The notes under the pieces: model-generated
Told to the model about the DNA's origin: nothing
Seen by the model: the letters and a program-made list of their open reading frames with translations, nothing else
Database searches by the model: none
Program-made: the position numbers and the translations under genes
In this document: piece after piece, positions 11,664-24,400 of the stretch
Numbering within the stretch: the stretch's first letter is position 1
Layout: every line of letters begins with the position of its first letter
NCBI GenBank assembly: GCA_001687465.1
Contig: LVLI01000217.1
Coordinates: 62,001-126,000, forward strand
Length of the DNA stretch: 64,000 nucleotides
Origin: Halocafeteria seosinensis
Lineage: Eukaryota
Reading direction: 5' to 3'

Positions 11664-12389
11664 TACCCTGTATTCTATTAACCAGTACCAGAATTTTAGA
11701 ATTCAGTAGTAGTAGTAACTTCTATAAAACTTCAAGTACAGTTGTACTCTTGTACAATTGTACCAGTAAGCTAGCAATAGTGTGTATTATTTATGGCTAC
11801 CGGCTAAGTGGAAACGTAGTTGGGGGATCTTCACGCGGTCGAAGATCTCCCCAGGGCCCTCCTGGATTGCCTACCCCTGCGCTCACCAGTAAGCATACTG
11901 AAAGCCGCTCTGTCAAGCCAGGAAGTTTGAGCGCGTCCTTTGTAACGAAGAGCGATATACACCCTTGTTGAATAATAACAGTAAAGACCAAACCTACCAT
12001 TATTGGCATATGTTAGGTTGTAGTTTCCAGAACTTCGTGTTATTGCGCAGTTGTGCGTACTTGCTTACCGTATCTGGGTGTCACTGGGGTCACTTGCGAT
12101 CACCGTTCTTGCGACCACCGTTCTTGCGCGCGCTTCAGCACTGAATCAGCAGCTACATGAAGCCGTTAACCGAGAATCATGCTGTCTAGTGCTCGTTGTA
12201 TAGACTGAATTGGGCGGGATCAACATTGGAGCGAGCGTTTTCTCTGAGTTTTTCTGCATATCGACGAAATCCAGAGGTGCCGTGTATTTTTTTATTTCGC
12301 AAAGTGTACGAAACAGAGTTGCTGGCGGTCGCACCGAGTTGTACCTCATAGACTCCGATATCGTCTCTTTTCACGCTCGGCTATCGAGA

Positions 12390-14364
12390 ATGGAAGATTC
12401 CAAGACGAAGATAGGGGTTCAAAGGTTCCGAACGTCTCGTCCAGAATCACCGGCATATGAACAAGTGGATGAGGACGATTCAGGCGACTTTCTACATCGT
12501 GGAACTGGTAGCAAAGGCAGCAAATACGATCGGTCATCGTCTGAGGCCGATCAGAGCAAACCCGAAATACCTGATAAAGAGAACAAAGAGCAAGAGTATT
12601 CCAGCAAAAAAGTTGAGTTGAGCAATTCCTCGTCCAGCCAGAATCAGAATTATGAAGCGGAAGAACCAGTCGCGAGGAATCGTCTCGTGCGCTCGGCGTC
12701 TTATCGTACTTCAAGTTTTAGTCGGCAATCAGGCAATCGTTTGCAGCGAATGTACTCCAATGCTAGTGCTACGAGCAGCAAAGGAGAAGATGATGTGGCG
12801 GCGAGGTCTGCGTCTCCTCCCACAGAAAGCACAAGAGACGATGACTCCCCAGTTCCGATGGTGAAGCAAAGTTCGTACAACTCGACAACGTCCAGTCGGC
12901 GTCCGTCGAAAGAAACTGGATCTAAGACTTCTTCTAAGAAACAAGAAAAAGGGTCTGCGAGCTCTGCCAGCGATGAAATAGAGAACCATCAGCACCAAAC
13001 TCAAGCCAGTGAAGAGAACCTTTCTTCCTCCATCGAGCGATACCAGCGCTCAGCTCGGATACTCAAAGGAATCTCGTATGACGTACCAGAAGCTGAAGAT
13101 AAAGAATTAACATCAAAGCGACACAAGAGTTCGAAGAAAGGCTCCAAAGCGAAAGAAGGAAAAGAGAAGAGTGCAGGTAGGCAGGATAGAGAAGGCCATG
13201 TAAGGAATGAAATTACTTGGAAGTCTTCGCGAGGTCGCTCGACTGAATCTCCGAAGGACATGCAGTTCGACAGATTAGCATTTGATGTTCCAACGTATGC
13301 AGCAGAAGCAATATATAGTGAATATATCGAGTCGGATTCATTTGGGCTATCACGAAATGGGCTAGCTCGGCTACAGGATGATACCGGTAGGGCTTTAGTG
13401 CCACCTTCGTCACTGCAATCGAACAGGGAGTTTTTTAATTTTTGCGCAACAAGTAACCTTGAAACACGGCCCTTGGTGGAAAGCAAAGATGTGAGTTTGC
13501 ACTTCAGTCAAGAGAAGTCAATGAAAGACATAGGGTTACCCGAACATAGACAATGGACGTTTAAGATGCTACCATCTGGTTCCCGAGCAGAAATCATTCG
13601 GCTGTTTCAATCGTTCGGCAAGAAGTCTTCCCGGTTTCAAGATCGATTGTGTGAGCTGGAAGAGGGAATTCTTAGCAGCGGGGTGCTTACTTCGCAGGGT
13701 GTATTTGACTTGTATGTTTTCTCCCCAGGGAATACGTTGGACGGCATCGAGGCATTGATGCGGGATTGCCGAGCTGTGGGTGCAATAAAAAAGTCTTCTG
13801 CTCTCTCGGTAAATAATCTGCTATCAGCTGCTGCTGGAACCATGGGTTCAATGGTTAACGACGTAGGCAACGTGCTGCAACAGAATCACATTTTGAAATC
13901 CGAGAACGAGAAATTACAGGTATGGTATTCATGCACTGCGTGCTGACACTGCTGCTATATGTATTCGTCCTGCATTTGTCCCATGCAGAAAAAAGTTGCA
14001 GAGTACGAGCAGCAACTTCAGACAAGCAAATTGGAGAACGATGCCCGGTTGAATGAAATCGAAGATCTTCGCAGTAGAACTCTAGAGCTAGAGCATCTGG
14101 TGAGAAGATCAGCTGAGAGTAGTATGTAAAAACGCTTGCACGTCATGGAAGTTCTACATACCTATTTAAATAGTGAAGGAGTGTCCCGCAGATGACCATA
14201 ATCGGAACGCTGCCAAAGAACTTCGTTGCGTCATAAAGACAATTATTAGTAATCTTAAGGATAGCATCCAACTGCTGCAGTCAGCTTCAGAGATCCCAGA
14301 GTCGGCTATCGAGTTGCTGAAGAAAGCTATCGATGCAGTTCACGACAGCAAAGCCTATATCTGA
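12390..14364 (+). CDS. Hypothetical protein: Ser/charged disordered N-half, coiled-coil C-terminus; 3 exons
   Basis: ATG at 12390; introns 13920-13988 (GTATGG..TGCAG) and 14122-14173 (GTATGT..AATAG) keep the frame to TGA at 14364. Confidence 0.7.
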
Positions 14365-14375
14365 ATCCACTGATT

Positions 14376-15467
14376 TCACAAATGCTCTAGAGTCTTGTCT
14401 ACTGTAATCGGCCTTCTTCCAAGGAGTTTCTCAAACTTCTTTGTATCCATTATAATCTGCAATGGTGATTCATAGCCTAACGATACTTTTTTTCTTGCGA
14501 AAATCTGATACTTTGGTCGATCGATACCACTAGAGTCGCGAACTGTGGACGAGTAACCGAAAAAGCTTGACATTTTTTCAGCAATCTGCACTCTTGTTAA
14601 CGCTTCCGGTCCCCCAGCAAAGAGTAGATTTCCTGAAATATGATTCCTTGTAGCAGAAGCAAGTACCTGAATTGCCATCGTGATACCCTCTACTAAATCG
14701 AAAACTGACACATAACAACGTATTTCATCTGAAAACAGTTTGATTGGAGTCCAGTCGTCGCTCAAGTACTTTGGATTATCATCTCGCAGTTCCTGATGAA
14801 GCCACTGTAGAAATTTCACTTTAGAAGGGTCATAAGGAGGAGGTGGCCCTAAGATATTGCTGGCCCTGAGTATAAGTAGTTTCGAAGAAGGCATGTTGCT
14901 CATCAGGAAGCTATCAAACGCTAATTTAGCTCTCCCATATTCATTGACGGGAACTGGTTCTGTACTTTCGTACAAATATTCTCCCGTCCCCGCAAACACA
15001 ATATCTGTCGAAAAATGTATGAAAGAGGGTACAGTCTCCAATTCCAGGCACGCATCCACGAATTCCTTCGGCTGCACGGAGTTACTGGTGGTGTTCAAAC
15101 CTCAAGTTCCATAAAAGCATGGAGAACTTACACAGTTGATTTTCCATCCAAGTTCTTTATTTTTCTCACATTGGGACGCTGATGAAAGTGCTGCGACATT
15201 CACGATTGCTGTGGGGCAAGTTTTTCTCAACAATTCACTTGCTTCCACTTTGACATTCGCGGATGCCAGGTCCAGTGCATGCCAATGCAGCTTCTCATTC
15301 TTGACCGCCTCCGTGACAGTCGTCGAATCGTGGTAGACTCCATGGATAGCCGTAATGGGGAGTTTACAAGACGAGGAGAGAAGGTGTTGGAGCAGAAATT
15401 GCCCTGTATAGCCTGTAGCTCCCAATATCAAGATGGTAAGATCGCTCGTAGACAATTCTTTGGCCAT
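14376..15467 (-). CDS. RmlD/MAT2B-like NAD(P)-dependent reductase (extended SDR); 2 exons
   Basis: Motifs ILGATGYTG (GxxGxxG), IVNVAALS, FIHFSTDIVFAG, PVNEYGRAK (YxxxK), LFSDEIR. Intron ~15131-15072 (GTAAGT..GTGCAG) joins the two ORFs. Confidence 0.85.
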
Positions 15468-16629
15468 CTTTTAGGTGAGTTTTAACGAATTCGAACATAA
15501 ACCGTCACCACCATGCTTCGTACGAGCCTTCATATCCTAGGAGATGCTCACCATATACAACACTATGATGATAATAGGCTATTAATCGCTCGGGTTCCTC
15601 TATCTTCAACGAGTGAGTCAAAATTCAAATGAAATAAAGGCGATTGTTTCAACCTTGCCTGATGCAAAGAGGATAGGAGCAATGGTCCAGCCATATCTAT
15701 ACCCACCTAGGGCAGAGTCTGAGCGATATAATGCTTCACCGAAGTTTGTGCTGAAAAACTCTTGCTCTGGGTTCGCACGATTTACCTACAGGTGTTGGGT
15801 TCGAGAAGCTACGCCTTGTTCCTCCCCCTTTTGCCATTTGCTTGGATTTTGGGTCTGGAAGAACAGTGCAGCTGCCAATATAAAAACTAGGGAAAATTTT
15901 TATGCCTCTATTTTATTGATATAACTGAGAGATTTGGATTATTAGAGCAGGGTTACGTCCTCCCATTTGAAGCCGCAGATGACCAAGGATGGTGATACAA
16001 AGGATGGTGATACAAAGCATGTTGATCGCGTTGCTTCGGATGATTCCTCCCGAGGCCATCTGGCACCGTTCGCCACGTTGCGTGGTACTGAAACCAAGTT
16101 TCCACATACACCTCAAGTACGGAGTTCATGCCCTCGCCGATGAGAACCGCACTCCATTTATTCCTTCCGCAAGGAGGCAGTGCCATTTGTTGGCTCATGT
16201 CGCACGAATGTTGACCATCGCACACACGATATGGCTTGATGAGCACTTGTCCCCAACCAAACCTCTATGGTGGACACAAACACAAAGTCTTCATTTCGTA
16301 TATGGCCTCAGCAGATGCTTTGCCTGACCGCAGTGACAGAGCGCCAAACAAGGCAACAATCAAATGATTGACCCCGTAAGTCGACGAAATGTTTGTCCGA
16401 AGGGTAAAGTGTTCCCAAGCCGTCACCAGGAGGAAGACAGACACACCTTTGCAGGTAAGTTTAGAGCCATTTTTTGGTAATTTTTCCCTCGATCCAAGGG
16501 GGACGTTGCACACTACACTTCGTTTCCGTTGAGAGAAATATTTTTGGTGGTCAACCTGCATTGATATAACACAGCAAAGTATCCGGGCGGTGTTTGAATC
16601 CCATTGCGCTAAGGGGAAACTACAAGGTG

Positions 16630-19600
16630 ATGAACAGCACCAGTGATTCTGCCTCTCCTATACCCCCCACAAACTATCCTGAAGACGAACACGGGAAGCG
16701 GAGATCGTTCAAGAGAGATAGAACCATGAAGGAAAGTGATGATATTATCGTGGAAGGATGTGTGAAGGAGATTTCCGATGCCACTTTTACGGACAGCGCA
16801 AGAGAAGACTCGGATATTGATATGCCCAGCTCTAAAACTCCCCCAACAACATCTCATGTCTCGTCAAAAAACCCTAGAGTTCATCATTCCATCCTTCCCG
16901 AAGAAGACGAAGAAGAAGAAAGGGGGAGTAGTGGAAGCTCCCGATCAACTTCTCGTCTTGGAGGGGAAGGCAGGGATCAGGAGAACAATGTGTTGATGCA
17001 AGTATATTTACCTCCGGAAGCAGATGCAGAGGATCAAAAAAGGAAACTAGTTACTGAACTTCGCGACTCAAAAGAACTACGTTCGGAGGTTGAGCGAGCG
17101 TTTGAATTTGTACAGTGCAACTCTACTGGTAGAGAGAGGGCAACCAAAAGGAAACAAGCAACAGATTCGTCCTCCAGAGAGGCCAAAAATGGAAAGATAT
17201 CACTAGAAGAATATAGACAAGATGCTCTATTGCAGATGGAGGAATGTGGCTTGATGGCTACGAACGAATTCGGCAAGGAGAGAAGTCCCCCCTGCTGGGA
17301 CCTTATGAGCGATACCGAGAGCGAAGAAGATACTACTCCCATAACCGACAGAGCGTCAAGCCACCGTTTGGAACGATTTAAGCAGTCGGAGCAACTGGCG
17401 GAAAAGCTAAGTTCTGCGTCCTTACCCTCTAAGCTCCTAGAGAGAATAAACTCGCTCAGCGGGGACGACACTGCCGTGCCGAAAGCCCATTCGTTGACTG
17501 GGGCCAGAGCTCGTAGAGGGCGCACTTTGAAGCAGCATGATAATGACTTGGAGGACGCATTGAAAACCGAACCGGAAGTTGGTATCCAACAGTTCCTACC
17601 TGAACCGCTGTTGGATGATGAAGACAAACCAGGCGAAATGAATGTTTTACACCCATCTGAAAAACACCTCACGACAACTGACTCTATTTTAGGAGAAGCA
17701 TCTCAATTCGGTTCGTCTGCGCAAACCGAATCTATGCATATTGGACTGTGGCTTGCGTTACAGCAAAAAATCAGACTCTTGATGAAGGAAAGAGCCAAAC
17801 AAGCTTTGCGAGCGGATGAGCTTCGCTGTTATTTGGATGAAGAGCCCCTGGTGTATCTCTTCCAACCTGAACGTGTCCCCCGAGACGTCCGATTCTCTGA
17901 GCAAGGATCTACGCATGCCGACTCTGTGGGACAAACCAGCCCCGCCTCTCTAGAGACACTAAGGCCTCAGTTCACGGGGCCGCGATCCCACGCCTTACAC
18001 GCTCTTGCCGCTTGTCAGGCATATGCGCGAATGCAACTTCTAAATCATCCTGACGAGCAGCTCTCTGTAGGAGCACTGGAAAAAGTATCATGCTTTCGGA
18101 CCTCTGTCGGTATATCTCTTCCAAAAGACGAGGACATATTTTGCCAAAATACTTCTTCAAATGCTTCTTCCTCCTCTGAAGTGAGGAAACCAGACTCAAC
18201 TCCTGAAATACAGCAGCCATCTTTGTTACCTCGAGAAGATCCCCTAGCAGCCACCTCTAACTCTCATGCACATTGGATTAGTCTGGAGAGATTTATGCAG
18301 TGTCATCGCTCCTCTGCGAAGGATTTTGGGAGCCGTGCTCTAACAAGAGGCGAATTCGAGTTTCTTTTGTTAGCTCGAAAGATGGTAAAGAAGAGAACAA
18401 ATATTGGCAGGTCTGATAATTTTTTCTGTGGCATGTGTCTCAGGGACAATTGTACCCACTATAGTCGAATGATGTGCCGTGCCTGCGCTCACCAGTATAA
18501 ATTTTGCTCTGATTTTGTTGACTTTGTTTGTGCTAACGATGAGCTGAAGGAAACGATCAACCGAGGAGGTTCGACAAAACGGCTTGTAGGAAAAGCTTAC
18601 GATTGGCTCAAATCTCTCAGTGGCAAAAAATGGGAGCCTGTTTCTGTAAGTGCTATTGCAAAAAAGTGCGGGATAACTTTGGCTGATAACGTCCTCGGCA
18701 AAGAAGAGGAACCATCCCTTGAGTTTCCTGATGCTAATGGAAACACCTCTGCGGTAGCGTATAGCTCGGGGTCAGTGTCAAGGGAAGTTTTCCTTCCTTG
18801 GAGTTCTGCCATGCATCATTTTGACTGCGAAAGAATGACCGAGAGCCTTGAGGATGAGCTGTCTAGTTGGTGGTATGCTTCAAATTCTGTCAGCAATCAG
18901 AGAACACTTGAATCGGCTTTGCAGGTTGCTAGTGATGCCATTCATATGCAGCACCAATTTTTGGACGTTGTACGGTGGAAATGGAGCTACTACTTGAAGA
19001 GTTTTGTGTCGGGCAATACTGATGTAGACCTGCAGAACCCGTTTGCCGAAGACCCGGTCCCCGGTTTTAGTGAGATTACGGGGAACTCGGAGTCTCCTTC
19101 GCTGTCCCGATGGTTTTCTGATCCGAATCGCCCTGAAGGTATACTTGACGGTATCCCTCCTGGTGTGAATATGAAACTGCGCTTCATGGCTCTTGAGTCC
19201 GTAAGGTTAAAACTACAGAAGTCCGGGGATGCGAATCCAGAAGCCACTCTAACCGGCGATGGTTTCAAAATGGTGATGGACACCATAAGCGAGGTGCAAT
19301 CGTCCGCAGTTTCTCTTCACTTAGCGTGGGAACGCGCGCAACATCGGATATTGGAATGTATCCCTTCGAAGCACATGGTAGCCACCATTTCCTGTCTCTA
19401 TTCTACGGTTGCCTATTCAAAGGGTATTTACGGTCAACACTTGCTCATTGTCCCTGCGTCTTACGTACGATTGTGGCATTGGACGCTACAATGGCTGTGT
19501 CCAGATCATATTATAAGTCACTATACTGGGAAACCTCGCACGAGAGTGCAGTTGCGAAAAGGTTGGATTCCTTCTGGTGCGCTAAGCGGAGATTCGAGTA

Positions 19601-21387
19601 GCGCATTGCCATTTGCTTCGGCTTCGCATTTGTCTCATGTCTGCCTGGTTTCGGCTGCAATGTTTATGCACGATATCAAGCACTTTCAAAAAGCATTTTG
19701 GACCAGCGTCGTGGTTCAGTCTCATGGCCCGCCTTTCTCGTCTTACTCTCTCCCTGCTCGAACCAGCAGTGTTTGCCAGGCATCGATTCAGCTGGAAACT
19801 ATCAGCAGAGTGCTTATATTGCCGCCAGCAGCGTCGGCAGAGATGGCTGTAAATGATGCCTCTCCAGCAAAAGAAAATGGACCTTTCCCTAATGAGGTTG
19901 TGCTTTCCCGTTCTTTGCCCGATGTATTTAATGCATCCACTGATACCACATATGGCCCTCATTCGACGATTCCTAGTGGATGTCTTCAATGGGTATTTTC
20001 TGATGTTTGGAAGAAGCTTGACACCGACACGTCACGGAGAGCACGACAAGAGTTGGTGAACATTACATCGTGGTATGATGAAAAGATTGATGACGGATTG
20101 TTCTCCCCAAGTCACGGGGATGTCAACTTGGCAAAGGAGGTTTTATCCCAGCACTCTCCGGGTAGCTTCAAGGAACTGGGCTTAGAGAATTGTTGCAATG
20201 CACTGCGTTGCTGGCCTCATGACTTATCGGAGTCGCCTTTCGGAAAATTGCCGTCCACTTATTGCTTGCCAGTACGACTCTCACTAGCTATTCTTCAGCC
20301 ATCGATCGTTCGACAAGGCCAGGATTTGAGCTTGCTCTCCCCGGATATCATTAACAAGTTGAGGAAAGAGCTGCTACCACCCTTGGATTGGAAACGCCCT
20401 GTATCGCCCGACCACGAGATAGCTTCATCTATATTTCAGTCGCAAGAACGAGTTGACGATGGCGATGGTCACGATTCAAAAGCCCAGGACTCCGACCCAG
20501 TTCTCGTTGGAAGTGCTTCGGAAATCCAGTCTGGTCTTCTCCCATTACCAGTGGTGGACTGGAGGAAAGATGAGGTCGCTAAAGAGATGGGAGTTGCTGT
20601 TGATGGGGAGGATTCCGTCGATGAAGATACAGCTGATGATGGCCCTTCTCCAGATCCTGGAGTTTTGAAGGTACTGAAGATGATGGGAGCGGATCAACAA
20701 CGAGAAACATTAGGGTATTTAAGGCGGACACGGGCATTGCTCGCGAAACTAAATGAAAATGGTAGGATGCCACCGACGTACGTACCTGCCCTGTTACAAG
20801 GAGATCAGTCCATCGTCAATTCATGGCAATCGCTCCATGATGCTGCTGAACGATACCTTGGAGACCCTGTTGCTGCATTAGTCTCGGCTGACGGCAAATG
20901 GGGCCGCTTTTTACGAGAGGCTTACTTCTATGAGCGCTCTCAATTAACTGCTCAGGAAAATCTGCGCAAAGCAACTGGAGATAGCGCATATTCGAAGCTA
21001 CTAGTTCCCACTGGAAAATCATTCGTGTTGGGGCGTTGTGGCATCGCAGAACGACGGGCTCTCGTAGCTGGGGGCATCAACGTACGTCCAGGAGACCGTG
21101 TGGGTGATATACACTTCGTGGTGTCAGATTCGCCTTCGTCGTCGCGAGTGCAAGCCAGTATATTCATGAGAGAAGATTCTTCCAAACCAAAATTCTTTTT
21201 ACGGGCGCACGGCAGAGATCCTATTCTAGTTGATGGTGAGTTGTGTATGTGTCCTCGGTATGCACGGAGAGTACCGCATCACTCGGCGAGTACCCCGTTG
21301 GAGCAAGCACCGTTACATCATGGAAGTGTTGTCGTTATTAGCAACAAAGTTATGGTATTTTTAGAAGTTGGTGCAAGTAGATTTTAG
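16630..21387 (+). CDS. Large protein with a Cys-rich segment, a degenerate SWR1/PIE1-type SNF2 ATPase fragment and a C-terminal FHA-like domain
   Basis: Single long ORF. The SNF2-like segment is KGIYGQHLLIVPASYVRLW..LQWLCPDHIISHYTGKPRTRVQLRKGW..HVCLVS..FQKAFWTSVVV. The C-terminal FHA-like segment is FVLGR..SSRVQASI..FFLRAHGRDPILVDG..LHHGSVVVI. Confidence 0.75.
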   Translation: MNSTSDSASPIPPTNYPEDEHGKRRSFKRDRTMKESDDIIVEGCVKEISDATFTDSAREDSDIDMPSSKTPPTTSHVSSKNPRVHHSILPEEDEEEERGSSGSSRSTSRLGGEGRDQENNVLMQVYLPPEADAEDQKRKLVTELRDSKELRSEVERAFEFVQCNSTGRERATKRKQATDSSSREAKNGKISLEEYRQDALLQMEECGLMATNEFGKERSPPCWDLMSDTESEEDTTPITDRASSHRLERFKQSEQLAEKLSSASLPSKLLERINSLSGDDTAVPKAHSLTGARARRGRTLKQHDNDLEDALKTEPEVGIQQFLPEPLLDDEDKPGEMNVLHPSEKHLTTTDSILGEASQFGSSAQTESMHIGLWLALQQKIRLLMKERAKQALRADELRCYLDEEPLVYLFQPERVPRDVRFSEQGSTHADSVGQTSPASLETLRPQFTGPRSHALHALAACQAYARMQLLNHPDEQLSVGALEKVSCFRTSVGISLPKDEDIFCQNTSSNASSSSEVRKPDSTPEIQQPSLLPREDPLAATSNSHAHWISLERFMQCHRSSAKDFGSRALTRGEFEFLLLARKMVKKRTNIGRSDNFFCGMCLRDNCTHYSRMMCRACAHQYKFCSDFVDFVCANDELKETINRGGSTKRLVGKAYDWLKSLSGKKWEPVSVSAIAKKCGITLADNVLGKEEEPSLEFPDANGNTSAVAYSSGSVSREVFLPWSSAMHHFDCERMTESLEDELSSWWYASNSVSNQRTLESALQVASDAIHMQHQFLDVVRWKWSYYLKSFVSGNTDVDLQNPFAEDPVPGFSEITGNSESPSLSRWFSDPNRPEGILDGIPPGVNMKLRFMALESVRLKLQKSGDANPEATLTGDGFKMVMDTISEVQSSAVSLHLAWERAQHRILECIPSKHMVATISCLYSTVAYSKGIYGQHLLIVPASYVRLWHWTLQWLCPDHIISHYTGKPRTRVQLRKGWIPSGALSGDSSSALPFASASHLSHVCLVSAAMFMHDIKHFQKAFWTSVVVQSHGPPFSSYSLPARTSSVCQASIQLETISRVLILPPAASAEMAVNDASPAKENGPFPNEVVLSRSLPDVFNASTDTTYGPHSTIPSGCLQWVFSDVWKKLDTDTSRRARQELVNITSWYDEKIDDGLFSPSHGDVNLAKEVLSQHSPGSFKELGLENCCNALRCWPHDLSESPFGKLPSTYCLPVRLSLAILQPSIVRQGQDLSLLSPDIINKLRKELLPPLDWKRPVSPDHEIASSIFQSQERVDDGDGHDSKAQDSDPVLVGSASEIQSGLLPLPVVDWRKDEVAKEMGVAVDGEDSVDEDTADDGPSPDPGVLKVLKMMGADQQRETLGYLRRTRALLAKLNENGRMPPTYVPALLQGDQSIVNSWQSLHDAAERYLGDPVAALVSADGKWGRFLREAYFYERSQLTAQENLRKATGDSAYSKLLVPTGKSFVLGRCGIAERRALVAGGINVRPGDRVGDIHFVVSDSPSSSRVQASIFMREDSSKPKFFLRAHGRDPILVDGELCMCPRYARRVPHHSASTPLEQAPLHHGSVVVISNKVMVFLEVGASRF

Positions 21388-21459
21388 GATAGTTGCATGC
21401 TTGGACGAAAGAAATACACTTCGCTTACGGAGAGTAGCATTCAATTGCGGTAACTATCG

Positions 21460-24400
21460 TCATTCTTCAGGGTTTGCACATCCCGGAACTTCTTGAGATA
21501 AGTGATATAGGAAAGAATTAACGTGTTGCCAGACTGGTTGACTAGCTCCATGGGACCAGGCTTCCAACTTTCTAAAATGTGCTGGCATGCTGGCAATCCA
21601 GTCGATCGGTGCTGGTTGATCAGAGGAAGTCCAGGCAGTCTTTTCCATATCACCGTGGTCCACTTTCGTGGTCTCAAGCTCTTGTAGTCTCTGATTTGCA
21701 TGAGAGGACAATTCGAAATGTGAAGCCACCAAGTTTACCGTACCAATGACACAATGCCAACACGATCGTTGAATCAATATCCACTGCATCCGCTCCAAGT
21801 GACCAAAGTAGCACATGCAGAGTACGAAAGCTGGCCAGCATGTACTATTTGCCAGATTTACCACAGTTTCCTCCTCTAGTAAATTGTCAGGAACAAAAGC
21901 GACATCCAACGTACCGAACTGGCGTGGATAAGCCACCGAAAGGAAACGTCCTAATTGCGCAAGGGAGCCGGAATTGCCAGTTCGTATAACCGGCACATCT
22001 TCCTTCGTCAGAAGCGATAAGGAAAACATGTATTGCGGGGTCAGAATAGGTTCGCATCGTTGAAAAGCATTTGCTATTCGTCGCAATTGCTTGGTCGAAA
22101 ACTGTGATTTTGTTTCGCGAACCAGGAAGCAAATCCTAGAAAATATCCAATTTACAGATTCTAAGAACTCAAACTGCTTGGAGCTATAGGATGAATAGGG
22201 AACGAGACCCGACCCACTATTTCCTTCTGCAAGGTGATCGTCTCCTGGGACGCAAATCTGATGCGTTGCACTGTGGAACTCTAGCAGCACTTTGACGCTC
22301 TGTTCTGTGAGTTTGGTGGTACCCTCAGCGAATCCTTCGTATGTTTCCATCCAAGCTTGGTTCTGGACATTCTCAATAAGCTGCTCTCCTAACCAAATTG
22401 CCGACCTAAAATGTTTCTGATCCACCAAAGAGTTGTATGTTTGTCTCACGATAGAAGCCAAAGGAAGGTTGAAACAAGTAGAAAAGGAAGCGGAAAGTAC
22501 AGCCACGCGTATGTCATCTTTGTGGTGTCTCCAAATACCTTTGATAAACGATACCTTGGAATTCGAAACTGCACCGTCGAGACCTTTATCTATGCCCGCT
22601 TCTTTGAATAAGTATATGAACCAATGAAGATCCCGCAGAGCAATGACAGACGACAACTGAAACTCAATCGAGTGCTTGCAAAGCGACAATTTACGGAGTT
22701 CGTCTGCTTCCGCTCCACATGTCTTCCGGAATTGCTCCCGTCGCTCCCTACAGATTTGATAGGCTGCTCCATGCAGTCGAGAGAGCTCAATGACAACATG
22801 ACAGGCCATGAATTTGAAGTAAGAAGCCGTCTTTCTCAGTGACGTATCATCTGCTAGCACTGCATTGATAAGCCAGTTGGTTGCGGAAACCGCGCTGCTT
22901 AGCTGGTCATTTTCCTCTACTTTCCCAGTAGACTGAAGCGCATCAGAAGCAAGGATTAAGAACAAGACCTTCTCTCCAGTTACGCGAGCAAACTCTTGCA
23001 TACGCTCGCTATCACATGGATACAGAAGCGAAGATAGCTGGCCACATTCACTTCCGCGGTTTTCCGTAGATGGTTCTTGCTTTAACCATTCACCTACAAG
23101 ACGCTCCTTCAGATTCTCGAAGGACCTATTGCTCCGTTTCAGGATTTCTTGACAAAGTTGGAAGAGCTTGACGGCAATGGACGAACTATCCATCTGAAAG
23201 GATTCATCGCATTCCAATTGAAGTTCTGATGATATCGATGTATGAACAAGCGTGCGCAGGGCGGCGTCCGCACTCTCATTCAGCATAGACCGCACCAACT
23301 GTTCCCCATCTACTTCGTGACTCAAACACACATCCGCACTGTGTTCCAGTGCGCCGACGTGAATGAGTTTGATCCGCAATAATGCATTACGGATCATTGC
23401 GGGAAATCGATTTCTTGAAAGTGTTTGCGTTGGAAATTCTTTTGGTTTGGAACACTCTTCAGTATGCATTTCATTTTCTTTATCATTCTGGTCACTAGAT
23501 AAGTGAACCTCATAGTTTAGAGCAAGGAAACACAGTTTTCCTGTAGCAATACCAGCTTCCTCTGAAGATTTAAGAAACGAGCCGTAATAATGCCTCCACT
23601 GACTGCCTGCGTCTAAGCTTTCAGCGCACTTCTCTCCTTGAGACAACGAGTGCAGAGCATTAGTCCAAGACAGCTCTGAGTTTCGTTTTATTGTATCCAA
23701 ACGGTTTAGAAAAGAAGACTGAGGATCGTAGAAGGACACATCAAACCCCTGGAGATGCTTATCGGAGCCGGTCAACACGTAGCTATACTCTTCGTTATCT
23801 TTCACCGACACCAAACTTAAAGTCGGTAGTTCAAATAATTGGCCTACTCCCGAAACTGCTTTCCTCAAGTTTCGGATGAGCCCGGATTGCATCAGTGTAG
23901 GGATTGAGGCTGTCACTAGTGTATCATCACCCTTCTCCGGACGCATTTTGCAGTGTACCTCAAGCTCTGGTGAAAATATTGAGGAATATACCCTGGCCCA
24001 CATAGGTTGTTGGAGGTCTTTCCGGTCGAAGGGCAGAGCGTCCTGGATCCACTCCAGCGTTTGCAACTGGCGGGTGCTATCGTAAATCTGCTCCAGTTGC
24101 TCAACGATATCGTCCAGGTGAATTGGCTTCAATGCCTCGTCACGCCCTCCACAGCACATCATCTGGTCCAATAAATACTTCTGCAGGTGTTGGAATTGAG
24201 GCTCAACTGAGTCACGAAGAGAAAATGACCCTCGTGTTGTAGTTCTTGGAACGCCTGCTACTATTTCTGAGTTTGGATGCACCATGTACAGTTGGACTTC
24301 TCGAAGATGGTATGAACGTGAATTGTTAGCCCCAAGCCCCGTCATGTTGTCTAGACACAGATCCTTAAATTGTGCTCCAAGGAATGCAGCCACGTTGCAT

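Noticed and set aside
11680..11770. Cluster of GTAC motifs and the palindrome gtacaattgtac
   Set aside because: The sequence is short and low-complexity, enrichment was not tested, and no terminal inverted repeats or target-site duplication were found.
15600..16560. Possible decayed minus-strand gene, with a 15-nt duplication aggatggtgatacaa
   Set aside because: I found no motif I could assign and no consistent splice model.
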